Positions 29,020 to 39,464 are shown, numbered from the stretch's first letter. The stretch: DNA of 64,000 bases from Candidatus Spongiisociaceae bacterium (GCA_965219685.1 CBDCOH010000002.1:2240001-2304000), one strand, 5' to 3'. The notes: generated from the sequence alone by a model not told the origin. Made by a program: numbers and translations.

Positions 29020-30195
29020 ATGCCCGACGTGAACACTGTTGTAGTGGTTGGGGCGGCTCGGACCGCCATCGGAACGTATGGAGGCTCGCTCAGCAAGATC
29101 GACTCCTACAAGCTCGGCGCCGTCACGATCAAGGAGTCGTTGAGCCGGGCGGGCGTCGAGCCGGGAGAGGTCGACGAGGTGGTAATGGGCCAGATCGGCC
29201 AGGTCGGTCCGGACGCCTACAACGCCCGGCGGTGCGCGCTCGAGGCGGGTCTACCTACATCGACCACGGCCATGAACGTCAACCGGCTGTGCTCCTCGGG
29301 CCTGCAGGCGATCATCACCGGCGCCCAGCAGGTCATGCTGGGCGAGGCGGACATCGTGATCGCCGGCGGCAACGAGAACATGAGCAGCCAGCCGTTCCTC
29401 GACTACCAGGCCCGCAACGGTTGGAGGCTGGGCAATCGGAAGCTTCTCGACGGCACCCTATCGCTGGTGACCGATCCCTTCGGCGGGTACTCGATGGGTG
29501 TCACCGCGGAGAAGGTGGCCGAACGCTACGGCGTGAGCCGCCAGGAGCAGGACCGTTTCGCTGCCGAGAGCCAGCACCGGGCTGCGATCGCCATCAAGGA
29601 AGGCCAGTTCGAGGACCAGATCGTGGGGGTGGACCTTCCCAAGGACGACCCCTTCCTCGTCGACGAGCATCCGAGGCCCGCCACGACCGCCGAAAGCCTC
29701 GCCCGGCTGCGTCCGGTGTTCGTCAAGGACGGCACGGTGACAGCCGGCAACTCGTCCGGGATCAACGACGGCGCCGCCTCGCTGGTCCTGATGAGCGAGA
29801 AGATGGCCGGGGCTCGGGGCAACCAACCCCGCCTGCGACTGGTGGCATGGGCGGTCAGCGGCATCGACCCGGAGGTGATGGGCTACGCCCCGGCCCTCGC
29901 CATCCCCAAGGTGCTGGGCAAGGCCGGACTGACCCTCGACGACATCGACCTGATCGAACTCAACGAGGCCTTCGCCGCCCAGGCGGTGGCCGTGATCAGG
30001 GACGCGGGCCTCGACCCCGAGAAGACCAACGTGTCCGGCGGCGCCATAGCGCTGGGTCACCCGGTCGGGGCAACCGGGACGATCCTGACCATCAAGCTCA
30101 TGCACGCCCTCGAACGCATGGGCGGACGCCGCGGCATCGTGACGATGTGCATCGGGGGCGGCCAGGGCATGGCGGCCATCTTCGAGCGCCCTTGA
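29020..30195 (+). CDS. acetyl-CoA C-acyltransferase (thiolase)
   Basis: NRLCSSG, NEAF, GHPVG, MCIGGG. Confidence 0.95.
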   Translation: MPDVNTVVVVGAARTAIGTYGGSLSKIDSYKLGAVTIKESLSRAGVEPGEVDEVVMGQIGQVGPDAYNARRCALEAGLPTSTTAMNVNRLCSSGLQAIITGAQQVMLGEADIVIAGGNENMSSQPFLDYQARNGWRLGNRKLLDGTLSLVTDPFGGYSMGVTAEKVAERYGVSRQEQDRFAAESQHRAAIAIKEGQFEDQIVGVDLPKDDPFLVDEHPRPATTAESLARLRPVFVKDGTVTAGNSSGINDGAASLVLMSEKMAGARGNQPRLRLVAWAVSGIDPEVMGYAPALAIPKVLGKAGLTLDDIDLIELNEAFAAQAVAVIRDAGLDPEKTNVSGGAIALGHPVGATGTILTIKLMHALERMGGRRGIVTMCIGGGQGMAAIFERP

Positions 30196-31079
30196 CCCTC
30201 GCGGGCGGAGTCTTCACCGGTGACATCGCCGATGTCACCGAGATGCTCGCGGGCCAGGCATATCTGGCGGACCGGGGTCTGTCGACCGCCATCTACCTGT
30301 CCCTGACCCTGCCGCAACCGCTCCTGTTGGAGGGGGAAGCGGGGGTTGGCAAGACAGAGGTCGCCAAGGCGCTGGCCGGAGGGCTGGGCGTCGACCTGGT
30401 CCGGCTCCAGTGCTACGAGGGCATCGACGCCAACCAGGCGCTCTACGAGTGGGACTACCCGCGCCAGTTGCTCTACCTGCGACAGGCCGGCGAGGCGCGG
30501 GCGGACGGTTCCGGACCCGACGAGCTCTTCGCCGAACGATTCCTGGTCGAGCGGCCCCTTCTGCGGGCGGTTAGGGGCGGAGCCGGCTGCGTGCTTCTCA
30601 TCGACGAGATCGACCGGGCCGACGACGAGTTCGAGGCGTTCCTCCTGGAGATCCTCTCCGAGTTCCAGATCACCATCCCCGAGATCGGTACCGTGCGCGC
30701 CCCGCGCCCGCCCACCGTGGTCATCACCTCCAACCGGACCCGCGAACTGCACGACGCTCTCAAGCGCCGTTGCCTGTATCACTGGATCGACTTCCCGGGC
30801 CTGGACAGGGAAGTCGAAATCGTGACCGCCCGCGCCCCGGAAGTGCCGGCAAGGCTCGCCCGGAGCGCCAGCCAGGTAGTCGGCAGGCTCCGAGGGCTGG
30901 AGTTGGTCAAGCAGCCGGGCGTCGCCGAGACGATCAACTGGGCGCGCGCATTGAACCAACTCGGTGAGGGCGGCGTAACCGAAGAGAACCTCGACCTGAG
31001 CCTGGGTTCGGTCATCAAGGACCACGACGACCTGGCCACGGTGCGGGGCCGGGCATCCGAGATCCTGGATGGGATCTGA
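30192..31079 (+). CDS. coxD: MoxR AAA+ ATPase, CoxD-like
   Basis: GEAGVGKT, LQCYEG, LIDEID, ELHDALKRRC; TTG overlaps the thiolase stop. Confidence 0.85.
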   Translation: MTLAGGVFTGDIADVTEMLAGQAYLADRGLSTAIYLSLTLPQPLLLEGEAGVGKTEVAKALAGGLGVDLVRLQCYEGIDANQALYEWDYPRQLLYLRQAGEARADGSGPDELFAERFLVERPLLRAVRGGAGCVLLIDEIDRADDEFEAFLLEILSEFQITIPEIGTVRAPRPPTVVITSNRTRELHDALKRRCLYHWIDFPGLDREVEIVTARAPEVPARLARSASQVVGRLRGLELVKQPGVAETINWARALNQLGEGGVTEENLDLSLGSVIKDHDDLATVRGRASEILDGI

Positions 31080-32211
31080 GACCGGACCGACCACCGAGTT
31101 GGTCCGGTTCGGACGGTTGCTGCGGGCCCATGGCGTCAACGTCGGTGCAGGACAGGTGGTGTCCTACACGAGGGCGGTGGCCGACCTGGACCCGGCCGGT
31201 ATCGAAGACCTGTACTGGGCCGGGCGGGTCACCCTCGTCAACCGCCACTCCGACCTGGCGATCTTCAACGCCGCCTTCGATGCTTTCTTCGTAGGCACGG
31301 AGAGCGATTCGCCACCCCCCATGTTGCCGCTGGCCGCGGCGGACGGCGACGGTGGGGAGCCCGAGTCCGTGTCCTTCGGGACCGAGCAGCAGGAAATGGA
31401 GATCCTGGACGTCGGCGACGAGGAACTCCCGGCCGCGGGAGGGCCCAGGGCATCGAGCGCCGAGATACTACGCACCAAGCACTTCGATCGTTGGACGGAG
31501 GAGGAGTTCCGTCAACTGGCCCGCCTGCTCCCCGGTCTCCGCCTTCCCCGGAAGCGCAGCCGTCGCACCCGCCCCTCCCCGAGAGGCTCGCAGATCGACC
31601 TGCGCCGGAGCGTGCGCCTATCGCTCCGCCACAGCGGTGACCTCATCCATCTCCGGCGGCGGTTGCGGGTGGAACGCCCCCGGCCGATCGTCCTCATCGT
31701 CGATGTCTCGGGATCGATGGCCGGGTTCTCACGCGCCCTCGTCCAGTTCTCCTACGGGATGAGCCGCGCTTCCCAGCGGGTGGAGGTGTTCTGCTTCGGA
31801 ACCAGGCTCACCCGCCTCACCAACGCGATGAGAGTGAGAGATCCCGACGCGGCGATCGACGAAGCGACCGAGTTGGTGGTCGACTGGGACGGGGGCACCA
31901 GGATCGGCGAGTCGCTCGGCGCCTACGTGACGAAGTGGGGCAAGTACCGCTTCAACCGCGGAGCGATGGTGATCATCTGTTCGGACGGCCTGGAGCGCGG
32001 CGAACCGGACCGCCTCGCATGGGCGATGCAGCGCCTGTCACGCCAGGCACACGCGGTGATATGGGTGAATCCCCTGGCCGGAGACCCGAAGTTCCAACCG
32101 CTGGCCCGTGGACTCGTGGCCGCCCTGCCGTACGTCGACCGGCTGATCGCGGGCCACAACATCGAGGGCTTGGAAGATCTGGCGGAAGCCCTCGCAGGCT
32201 GGGCGGCATAG
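31069..32211 (+). CDS. coxE: vWA protein, CoxE-like
   Basis: DVSGSM, FGTRLT, WDGGTRIG, SDGLERG, WVNPL. Confidence 0.85.
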   Translation: MGSETGPTTELVRFGRLLRAHGVNVGAGQVVSYTRAVADLDPAGIEDLYWAGRVTLVNRHSDLAIFNAAFDAFFVGTESDSPPPMLPLAAADGDGGEPESVSFGTEQQEMEILDVGDEELPAAGGPRASSAEILRTKHFDRWTEEEFRQLARLLPGLRLPRKRSRRTRPSPRGSQIDLRRSVRLSLRHSGDLIHLRRRLRVERPRPIVLIVDVSGSMAGFSRALVQFSYGMSRASQRVEVFCFGTRLTRLTNAMRVRDPDAAIDEATELVVDWDGGTRIGESLGAYVTKWGKYRFNRGAMVIICSDGLERGEPDRLAWAMQRLSRQAHAVIWVNPLAGDPKFQPLARGLVAALPYVDRLIAGHNIEGLEDLAEALAGWAA

Positions 32212-32213
32212 GG

Positions 32214-32234
32214 GTAGTTGGTAGTTGGTAGTTG
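32214..32234 (+). repeat. heptamer tandem repeat (GTAGTTG)x3
   Basis: Directly after the coxE stop. Confidence 0.85.
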
Positions 32235-32400
32235 GCAGAATCCTCGTTGTATAGCGCGGATCGGGACTCGCGTTCGTGCCGGGAGCGGCTTACAAAGGAC
32301 AATGCGAGGGACTCCAAGTCCAAGAACCGGACTCCCACTAGGCACGACCGTGAGTGCCGGACCGCGCGAAGGAGACCGGAAGTGACCCGATCTAACGTAA

Positions 32401-32441
32401 ACTAGCAACTAGCAACTAGCAACTAGCAACTAGCAACTAGC
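32401..32441 (-). repeat. heptamer tandem repeat (ACTAGCA)x~6
   Basis: Includes the flotillin stop codon. Confidence 0.95.
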
Positions 32442-33729
32442 CTTCCTCTCCAGACGGGCCTTCCGTGCTCCGGCGCAGGGAGTCGAGGATGTTCACGCCG
32501 GTCGCGGCCTCGATCTGCTCGGTCAACGCCACCAGGGAGGCCGGGAGCTGGGACACCAGACTCGGGATCCCCCCGCCACCGTTCGCCCGGTTCGTCCCGG
32601 TGTCCACCACTGCCACGCGGTCGATGTCGACACCTTGCACGGTGGCGACGATCTTGTCGACCAGTTCGGGGAGCATGTTGAGCACCAGCACGTGATGGCC
32701 GTCCTCGCCGGCTGCCTGGTACTGGTCGGTCAGGAGCTTGAACACCTCGACCTGGGCTCTGCCGTCCTCGATGATGCTGGCCGCCTCCGCCCGGGCCTGT
32801 AGCTGCTGAGCCTCGAGGTCGGCACGAGCCGGCACCACCACCGTGGCCTCGACCCGCCGCTTCTCCAACTCGATCCGCTGCCCTTCCAGTTCCTGGCTGG
32901 CCACCACCTTGGCGACCTCCCCGGCCACCAGGGCCTCTTCCTCTCTGGCATTGGAGACGGCTTCCAATTCGGCGGTTCGCACGCGCAATGCGTTCTGTTC
33001 CACCACGATCGCCTTGTCCGCCTCGATTCCTGCAATCTGGCCCACTTGCCGGGCCTTCGCCTCGGCCTGCTCCGCCTCGGCTCTGCGCTCCGCCTCCGCC
33101 ACGCGGGCGTCACGCACCACCTTGGCGGTCAACTGACGGCCCACGGAGGTCAGATACCCGACGTCGTCGGTGACGTTCTGGATCTTCAGTACATCCAACT
33201 CCAGACCCAGGGTCTTGATGTCGTCGTCGGCCTCGTCGATCAACTGCTGGGAGAACTTGAGCCGGTCCTCGTTCACCTCCTCGGGTGACAGCGTGGCCAA
33301 CACACCCCTCAGGTTGGCTTCCAGCGTCTCCTTGGCGATCTGGCCGATCTGGTTGTTGGTCCGACCGAGGAATCGCTCTGCAGCGTTCTCCAGCAACCCT
33401 TCACGGCTCGACACCTTCACGTTGGCGATCCCCGCCACGTTGAGTGGGATGGTCCCCTTCGAGTAGGCATTGGTCACAGCGACTTCGAGAGGGATGGTGT
33501 TGAGGTCCATCCACTGCACCCGCTCGATCACGGGAATACGTATGGTCCGTCCCCCCTGCAGCAGGCGGTAGCCAACCTCGCGTCCGTCGGCCAGCTCGCG
33601 TTTGCGGCCGGAAATGACCGCGACGCGGCTCGGCGGGCAGATCACGATCAGGGATCTGATTATCAGGATCAGAAGGATCAGCGCTAATGCCGCCGCCGCA
33701 CCGACTGCCAACGGAACCCACCACATCAT
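32437..33729 (-). CDS. flotillin/SPFH family protein
   Basis: N-terminal TM helix, AAERFLG, LEANLRGVL, Ala/Glu coiled coil. Confidence 0.92.
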   Translation of the reverse strand: MMWWVPLAVGAAAALALILLILIIRSLIVICPPSRVAVISGRKRELADGREVGYRLLQGGRTIRIPVIERVQWMDLNTIPLEVAVTNAYSKGTIPLNVAGIANVKVSSREGLLENAAERFLGRTNNQIGQIAKETLEANLRGVLATLSPEEVNEDRLKFSQQLIDEADDDIKTLGLELDVLKIQNVTDDVGYLTSVGRQLTAKVVRDARVAEAERRAEAEQAEAKARQVGQIAGIEADKAIVVEQNALRVRTAELEAVSNAREEEALVAGEVAKVVASQELEGQRIELEKRRVEATVVVPARADLEAQQLQARAEAASIIEDGRAQVEVFKLLTDQYQAAGEDGHHVLVLNMLPELVDKIVATVQGVDIDRVAVVDTGTNRANGGGGIPSLVSQLPASLVALTEQIEAATGVNILDSLRRSTEGPSGEEG

Positions 33730-34256
33730 CCACTCTCTACTTTCTCTTCTTCGTGTCTTGCTACCAGAGCCACCCCGCCATCGACCTTGCGGATCACCAC
33801 CCGGTCTCCCTTACGGAGGCGATCTGCCCGTGTGGCGGGCATGGCGCTCATCCGCATGCGCTTTCCGGCCGCTTCCACGACTATCTGGCCCCTGCGGCCG
33901 GCCGGCATGCCCAGCACGACAAGACCGGTAGCCCCTTCCAGGTCCCGCTTCCTCACCTCGCTGGACGCCTCGGTCCGTCGCAGCCAGCCGAACAGGGAAT
34001 TGTGGAACGCCACCCCGAGCGCAGCCACCAACAGCGCGATCGCCACTCCAGCGAGAGCGGAAAGGTCCACCCAGGTCGTGATCAGGCCGGATAGTCCGAA
34101 AAGGGTAGCCCCGAAGGACAGGGCGCTGATCGACACCCACGCGAACAGGCCGCTGTCCGAATCGGTCTCGACGTCGAAGTCCCACAGGCCACCGAAGGCG
34201 TTGGCCGCCAGGATGGTCACCCCGATCCCCAGCGCGAGGTAGTACAGAGCCGGTAC
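33726..34256 (-). CDS. NfeD-like flotillin partner
   Basis: Hydrophobic N-half, OB-like C-terminus; start uncertain (GTA at 34256 behind AGGAG, or GTG at 34220). Confidence 0.75.
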   Translation of the reverse strand, partial: VPALYYLALGIGVTILAANAFGGLWDFDVETDSDSGLFAWVSISALSFGATLFGLSGLITTWVDLSALAGVAIALLVAALGVAFHNSLFGWLRRTEASSEVRKRDLEGATGLVVLGMPAGRRGQIVVEAAGKRMRMSAMPATRADRLRKGDRVVIRKVDGGVALVARHEEEKVESG

Positions 34257-34395
34257 GGTCGCTCCTGACGTAGGGTTGCGCGACCCAGACTAGCGATCCG
34301 GCGATATTGCGGGCGATAGGGGAACCGGGCACCACCGCTGCGGCCGTCGCCGAGCGGTCCCGGCGGCCACACCGTCGTCGAGACCCGGCTCCAGC

Positions 34396-35682
34396 TCAGA
34401 GGATGCCGAGCAGATCCTCCAGAGCGTCCACGAGGCCGTAGCGTTCCGCCGGCGTCATCGCGGTCGACAGGCAGCCCATCCCGCGGGGGGCTAGGAAGTA
34501 ACCCCGGTTCATGAGACCGAGGTGCAGGAACTCGGTCAGCTCGGGATCGGCCCGTCCAACGGCGCCGCTATCGGTGATCGGCTCGTCGGTGGCGTGGAGG
34601 TTGAACAGGGATCCGACACAGGTCACTCCGCCCGGCAGGCCGGAGGCCTCCATGACCTTGCCTAGGCGTTCCACCAACCGACGCCCGTTCCCATTCAGTT
34701 CGTCTATTACGGGCGGCGTCAGTGCCTCCAGCGTCTCGATCCCGGCCGCGGCGCTGACCGGGTTCCCGTTGAAGGTGCCGCCCCAGCGGATGGTCCCACG
34801 GGAGGGATGGAGCAACGCCATGACATCCTCCCGGCCCCCGAATCCGCCGATCGGGAAGCCGCCGCCGATGATCTTGCCGAAGGTGGTCAGGTCCGGAGTG
34901 ACACCGTAAGTGGCCTGGGCACCTCCCTCATGCAGTCGGAAGGTGATGATCTCGTCGAGGATGAGCAGCGCGCCGGCTTCGGCCGTCGCCCGCCTCAGGA
35001 AGTCGAGAAAAACCTGATCGGCCGCTATGACCCCGCCGGCGCCCTGTACCGGCTCGACGATCACGGCGGCCAGGGAGTCGCCGACCTGTCCGATCACCTT
35101 CTCGCAGCCGGGTATGTCGTTGAACGGGAGGGTGACCACCACGTCGCCGATCACGTCCGGTATCCCCGCCCCCGGCGTGGCCGTGTAGTCGTGCGTGCCG
35201 TGGTAGCTGCCCTCGAACCGGGCCACGACCGGCCGTCCGGTGAAAGCCCTCGCCAGGCGCATCGCAGCCATCGTGGCCTCGGTTCCGGAGTTCGTGAAGC
35301 GGACCTGGTCGACGGAGGCGACCCGCTCGACAAGCACTTCGGCCAGTCGAACTTCGTGTTCGGTAGGCGACGAGAACGCGGTGCCGCGGGCGGCAACCGA
35401 CCGAGCACGGGCCACAACGTCGGGATGGGCATGGCCCAGTATGAGCGACGTGTAGTTGTTCAGGTAGTCCACCCGCCGGTTGCCGTCGACATCCACGATC
35501 TCCGATCCCTCTCCGGAGACCAGGACGGGAGGGAAAGGGGCGAAGAAGGTGGTGGTACGGGTGGTACCCCCGGGGAGCACCACCGACGCCCGCTCGGCCA
35601 TCTCCATCGATCGGGGGTTTCGCGCCAGGTACTCCTTGCTGACCCGGCGTAGCGGTTCTGTGTAGACGGATACCGGCGGCAC
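34396..35682 (-). CDS. class III PLP aminotransferase (GSA aminomutase-like)
   Basis: DVDGN, NSGTEA, YHG, DEIIT, TFGKIIGGG, GTFNGNP. Confidence 0.9.
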   Translation of the reverse strand: MPPVSVYTEPLRRVSKEYLARNPRSMEMAERASVVLPGGTTRTTTFFAPFPPVLVSGEGSEIVDVDGNRRVDYLNNYTSLILGHAHPDVVARARSVAARGTAFSSPTEHEVRLAEVLVERVASVDQVRFTNSGTEATMAAMRLARAFTGRPVVARFEGSYHGTHDYTATPGAGIPDVIGDVVVTLPFNDIPGCEKVIGQVGDSLAAVIVEPVQGAGGVIAADQVFLDFLRRATAEAGALLILDEIITFRLHEGGAQATYGVTPDLTTFGKIIGGGFPIGGFGGREDVMALLHPSRGTIRWGGTFNGNPVSAAAGIETLEALTPPVIDELNGNGRRLVERLGKVMEASGLPGGVTCVGSLFNLHATDEPITDSGAVGRADPELTEFLHLGLMNRGYFLAPRGMGCLSTAMTPAERYGLVDALEDLLGIL

Positions 35683-35723
35683 GTTTCTCCTCAGGTAAGG
35701 CTGAGACGGAGCCTACCGCGGGT

Positions 35724-35790
35724 GGTGAGTGGTGAGTGGTGAATGGTGAATGGTGAGTAGTGAGTGGTGAATGGTGAATGGTGAATGGTG
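35724..35790 (+). repeat. heptamer tandem repeat (GGTGART)x9.5
   Basis: Mixed GGTGAGT and GGTGAAT units. Confidence 0.95.
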
Positions 35791-35794
35791 CCAC

Positions 35795-35821
35795 CAACTA
35801 ACAACTAGCAACTAGCAACTA
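35795..35821 (-). repeat. heptamer tandem repeat (CAACTAG)x~4
   Basis: Includes the stop codon of the secreted nuclease gene. Confidence 0.85.
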
Positions 35822-37336
35822 TGGGAGGCTCTCGCATGCCTCCCCGTCGCCGTCGGCGTCTAGGCGGGCTACGTCGCCGTAATGCGGGAAGTAGGTGTCG
35901 AACCACTCCTGGGCCTCGGCCTGGGTGGAGAAGTCACTGCAGTTGCGGGTGTTCCCCGGATTGGGAGGCACGGTGCTCGACGGCGGGCCGGTCGAGCCGC
36001 CGGGAGCGTCGAGGGCCGGCGGATCCAGGGTGGGCGTATCGAGCACCGGGAATCCCAGTACAGGCATCCGGATGTCGAGGGTCGTCCCGGCGCACTGTCC
36101 GGCCAGCAGCCCGCGCAGGAAGTCGGATTCTCGCCGGTCCACGGTCAGGCCCCATCTGGCCTTGGTGGCGACCCACGCGCTCAGGTAGTGACAGGTGAAG
36201 TCGTCGTTGGGAGGCATCCACTCGGCTGGATCCCGAGCCCCTTTCGACCTGTTCGAGCCGGAGGTCACCACCACTAGCGCGCCCTCGTCGTTGGCGAATT
36301 CCTCCCGGCGGCCGGGGCTCCAGCTGTGGGCTCCCGAGTCCCACGCCTCCGCCAGCGGCACGAGGTGATCGATGTCCAGCGACGACGGAGCCTGCACCCA
36401 GCGGTCGTCGTAATAGGAGTACCAGAGGCCGGAGACGATCCAGCAAGTGCGGTTGGGATCCCTGACCGGCTCGACCCGCGAGTCCCTGATGAGAACCTCC
36501 CGCCGGGTGTCACAACCGTCACGGTCCAGGTCGCTCCAGTGGTCGAAGAGGTCGCGGTCGTAGCCGGAGCGACGCTCGGCCGCCACGACAAGTTCGCCGA
36601 GAACCTCGATGGCGAGGTCGGCCTCCTCCGGAGCGCCCTGCGGTGGCACATCCTCCGTCGGCGTTTCGGAACCGAGCGCGGGCGGGCTCGGTGGAAGGCC
36701 CCGCCCCGAGAGGTTGTGCCACAGTCCTATCATGTAGACAGCCATCTGGGCCCGGGTCACGCGTACCGAACTGCGGCCTTCCGTCGCGGCGGGTATCACG
36801 TTGCGAGCCTCCAGGCAGGTGACCGCCTTGTCGAGTTCGTCTTCACGATCCGGGCAGGTCTCCCCTGCCTTCTCGTACGTCCGCAGCAGGAACCTGGATA
36901 TCTGCGACGCGGTGAGCTTGGACTCCGGACCGTAGGTCGTGGTGGTGACTCCTTTGGTTATCTCGAGCCAGTAAAGACAGTCGATGTCGGCTGCGTGGAT
37001 GCTGCCGCCTGCAACGTCGGTGAACGGCGCTCGGCCCTCAGGACATCGCCGGTCGAAGACGTCCCTCCATAGACGCACCAGGAAGGAGGCCATCTGAGCG
37101 CGGGTGAGCTCCGAATCGGGCCCGTACTCCCCTTCCGCCCGTCCCAGGGACAGGCCCAGTGCCCTCATGCAACGGATGTACTCGGCCCCGTAGTCGCGGG
37201 CCTCGACATCGGTGAACTGCTCGGTGGAAGCGCTGTCACAGAGGTCACCTGTTTGGGCATCGACCTGGGCCGGGCGGTTAACGAACAGGATCGCGCCCAC
37301 AACAACGATCGCAAGTATGGATCCAGCGAGCTTCAC
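35819..37336 (-). CDS. secreted protein: SLH-like repeats, HNH (DUF1524-type) nuclease, Excalibur Ca-binding domain
   Basis: Signal peptide; FTDV...TRAQMA; DIDHLVPLAEAW...SNRSKG; NCSDF...LDADGDGEACE. Confidence 0.85.
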   Translation of the reverse strand: MKLAGSILAIVVVGAILFVNRPAQVDAQTGDLCDSASTEQFTDVEARDYGAEYIRCMRALGLSLGRAEGEYGPDSELTRAQMASFLVRLWRDVFDRRCPEGRAPFTDVAGGSIHAADIDCLYWLEITKGVTTTTYGPESKLTASQISRFLLRTYEKAGETCPDREDELDKAVTCLEARNVIPAATEGRSSVRVTRAQMAVYMIGLWHNLSGRGLPPSPPALGSETPTEDVPPQGAPEEADLAIEVLGELVVAAERRSGYDRDLFDHWSDLDRDGCDTRREVLIRDSRVEPVRDPNRTCWIVSGLWYSYYDDRWVQAPSSLDIDHLVPLAEAWDSGAHSWSPGRREEFANDEGALVVVTSGSNRSKGARDPAEWMPPNDDFTCHYLSAWVATKARWGLTVDRRESDFLRGLLAGQCAGTTLDIRMPVLGFPVLDTPTLDPPALDAPGGSTGPPSSTVPPNPGNTRNCSDFSTQAEAQEWFDTYFPHYGDVARLDADGDGEACESLP

Positions 37337-37437
37337 CGCGTCCTGGCCACCTCCCGAACACCACTCTAACCAGGGGTTTCAGCTCCTTATGCGTAGAGTT
37401 CCGGCGGACTCGACCGAGTGCAGGAGAGAGGGAAATT

Positions 37438-37478
37438 ACATAGCTATAATTGCTATGTTCAAATGGCTATTATAGCTA
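37438..37478. promoter_or_regulatory. toxin-antitoxin promoter/operator
   Basis: TAGCTATAAT...ATTATAGCTA and ACATAGC...GCTATGT dyads, containing TATAAT. Confidence 0.7.
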
Positions 37479-37511
37479 CAAATGGACCTGCCAGGTTGAA
37501 ACGGAGTACGT

Positions 37512-37844
37512 ATGCTGACCGCGAGTGTCTCACAGGTAAAGAACGGACTCAGTGCCTATCTACGCCGGGTGAAGGCAGGTGAGACCGTCCTGATAATGGA
37601 CCGCAAGACCCCGGTGGCCCGCATCGTCCCGCTGTCGGATCGGACAGGGCTGTCGTCGGCATCGAGCCTCGACGACCAGGCTCGGATCGAGCGACTGATC
37701 GCCGACGGTTTGGCTACCCGGGAACGTGACGTGGGTGCTTCGGAGGCGCTCCGCGAACTGAACGAGTCGTGGCCTGCCGGTCACGGTCTGCTCCAGGCGC
37801 TACTCGATGACCGAGATGCCGACTATCGCGAGGGCCGTCGTTGA
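37512..37844 (+). CDS. Phd/YefM-family antitoxin
   Basis: SVSQVKNGLSAYLRRVKAGETVLIMDRKTPVARIVP. Confidence 0.9.
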   Translation: MLTASVSQVKNGLSAYLRRVKAGETVLIMDRKTPVARIVPLSDRTGLSSASSLDDQARIERLIADGLATRERDVGASEALRELNESWPAGHGLLQALLDDRDADYREGRR

Positions 37845-38266
37845 GGTTCTGGGACACGTCCGGGGTGGTAGCACTGCCTTGCGACGAGGTCCACTCACCC
37901 CTCGCGCGTTCGATTCTCCTGGACGATGACCGGATGGTCGTATGGTGGGGAGCCCCTGTGGAGTTCGTGAGTGCGCTCGCACGCCAGGAACGAGCGGGCA
38001 ACCTCACGCCCAGAGAGTTGTCCGACCATCTCCGGTACCTGAGGGCGCTGTCGCGAGGATGGGTGGAGATACAGCCGAATACGGTCCTGAGAAGGCTTGC
38101 CCAGCGGCTGCTCAGATCGCATCCGCTGCAGGCGGCGGACGCGTTGCAGTTGGCAGCCGCTCTGACCGCGGCCCAGGGTGACCCCACGACCCTGGGGTTC
38201 GTCTGCTTCGACAAACGGCTCAACGAAGCCGCGCAACGCGAGGGCCTCGAAGTCCTCGCCGGGTAG
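37841..38266 (+). CDS. vapC: PIN-domain toxin
   Basis: WDTS, VEFVSAL, DALQLA, FDKRL. Confidence 0.88.
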   Translation: MRFWDTSGVVALPCDEVHSPLARSILLDDDRMVVWWGAPVEFVSALARQERAGNLTPRELSDHLRYLRALSRGWVEIQPNTVLRRLAQRLLRSHPLQAADALQLAAALTAAQGDPTTLGFVCFDKRLNEAAQREGLEVLAG

Positions 38267-38435
38267 TCGAGATCGCAGCGGACCTCGCGGACCGGAGTGT
38301 CCTGGACCGGGCGCCCTCCGGGTCGCGATTGGTCGCTCCGATCGTTAGGTTCTCCGGGGCCCGATACGGATGGCCGGACGCGGCCCCTGTAGAGTGTTCT
38401 ATCGGTCCGATCTGCTGAGGAAGGATGGTCATCCG

Positions 38436-39458
38436 ATGACCGGTGGCCGCGTGGGCATGTGTTTCCTGGATCGACCCGATCCCAGGCGACAGGTAGCGCT
38501 CTCCATCTGGATGGAAGAACTCGGTTACGACTCCGTATGGGTGTGCGAAACGCGCACCGCCAGGGATGCCGTCTCCGTCATGGGCGCCATCGCCTACGCC
38601 ACCCAGCGCATCAAGGTGGGTAGCGGTGTGGTCAACTCGTGGACCCGGCCTGCGTCACTCATGGCGCTCACATTCGCCACGCTGGACGAGTTGGCGCCGG
38701 ACCGGATGCTCCTCGGGATCGGCGCCTACTGGGACCCACTGGCCTGGAAGCAGGGAATCGACCGGCGCAGGCCTGTGAAGCAGATGCGGGAGTACATCGA
38801 GGTGACCCGCCGCCTACTGGCCCTGGAGACGGTGAATTTCGAGGGAGAGTTGGTAGCGGTGCGGGATCTCAGGTTGGACCTCGGCCATGGCGTGGCCCGC
38901 ACACCCAAGCGCGTACCGATCTACGTGGGCGCCACCGGGCCGCAGATGCTCGCTCTGTCGGGCGAGCTGGCGGACGGGGTGATGCTCAACGGCTTCACGT
39001 CCCTCACCTACCTGGCCGACGCCCTCCGGCACATCGAGCGGGGGGCCGTGAGGAGCGGACGGCGGGTGGATGACCTCGACCTTCCCCAGACCATCGTGAT
39101 CGCCATGGACGAGGACGAGGAGAAAGCCCTCGAAGTCGCCACCCGGATGACCACCATGTACCTGGGGCAGCAACCCCACATCGCCCGGGCCAGCGGGGTC
39201 GACCAGGACCTGCTGGACCGCGTCCGTGAGGCCATGGGAGGCTGGCCCCCGAGGGAGGGCGGAATCGCATCGGCGATGCAGCTGGTGCCCGCAGAAGTGG
39301 TGCGGTCCCTTACCGCGGCCGGGACGCCGGAGCAGTGTCTGGAGCAGGTCGCCGCCTACTCGATCCGACCCAACATCTCCCCTGCCCTCCTCCCGATCAC
39401 CGAGAACTACGAGGAGATCATCGAGGTGTTCGCCCCGCGCGGGTATCCCGGGTCCTAG
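38436..39458 (+). CDS. LLM-class (luciferase-like, probably F420-dependent) oxidoreductase
   Basis: GYDSVWVCE, PIYVGATGPQML.LSGELADG. Confidence 0.88.
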   Translation: MTGGRVGMCFLDRPDPRRQVALSIWMEELGYDSVWVCETRTARDAVSVMGAIAYATQRIKVGSGVVNSWTRPASLMALTFATLDELAPDRMLLGIGAYWDPLAWKQGIDRRRPVKQMREYIEVTRRLLALETVNFEGELVAVRDLRLDLGHGVARTPKRVPIYVGATGPQMLALSGELADGVMLNGFTSLTYLADALRHIERGAVRSGRRVDDLDLPQTIVIAMDEDEEKALEVATRMTTMYLGQQPHIARASGVDQDLLDRVREAMGGWPPREGGIASAMQLVPAEVVRSLTAAGTPEQCLEQVAAYSIRPNISPALLPITENYEEIIEVFAPRGYPGS

Positions 39459-39464
39459 ATGATT

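Noticed and set aside
28962-30191. N-terminal 410 aa of the 705-aa ORF
   Set aside because: Alternate-frame overlap with the thiolase; only the part from 30192 looks like a MoxR ATPase
34396-35682. hemL
   Set aside because: GSA aminomutase-like but no heme genes nearby and many paralogs exist; symbol withheld
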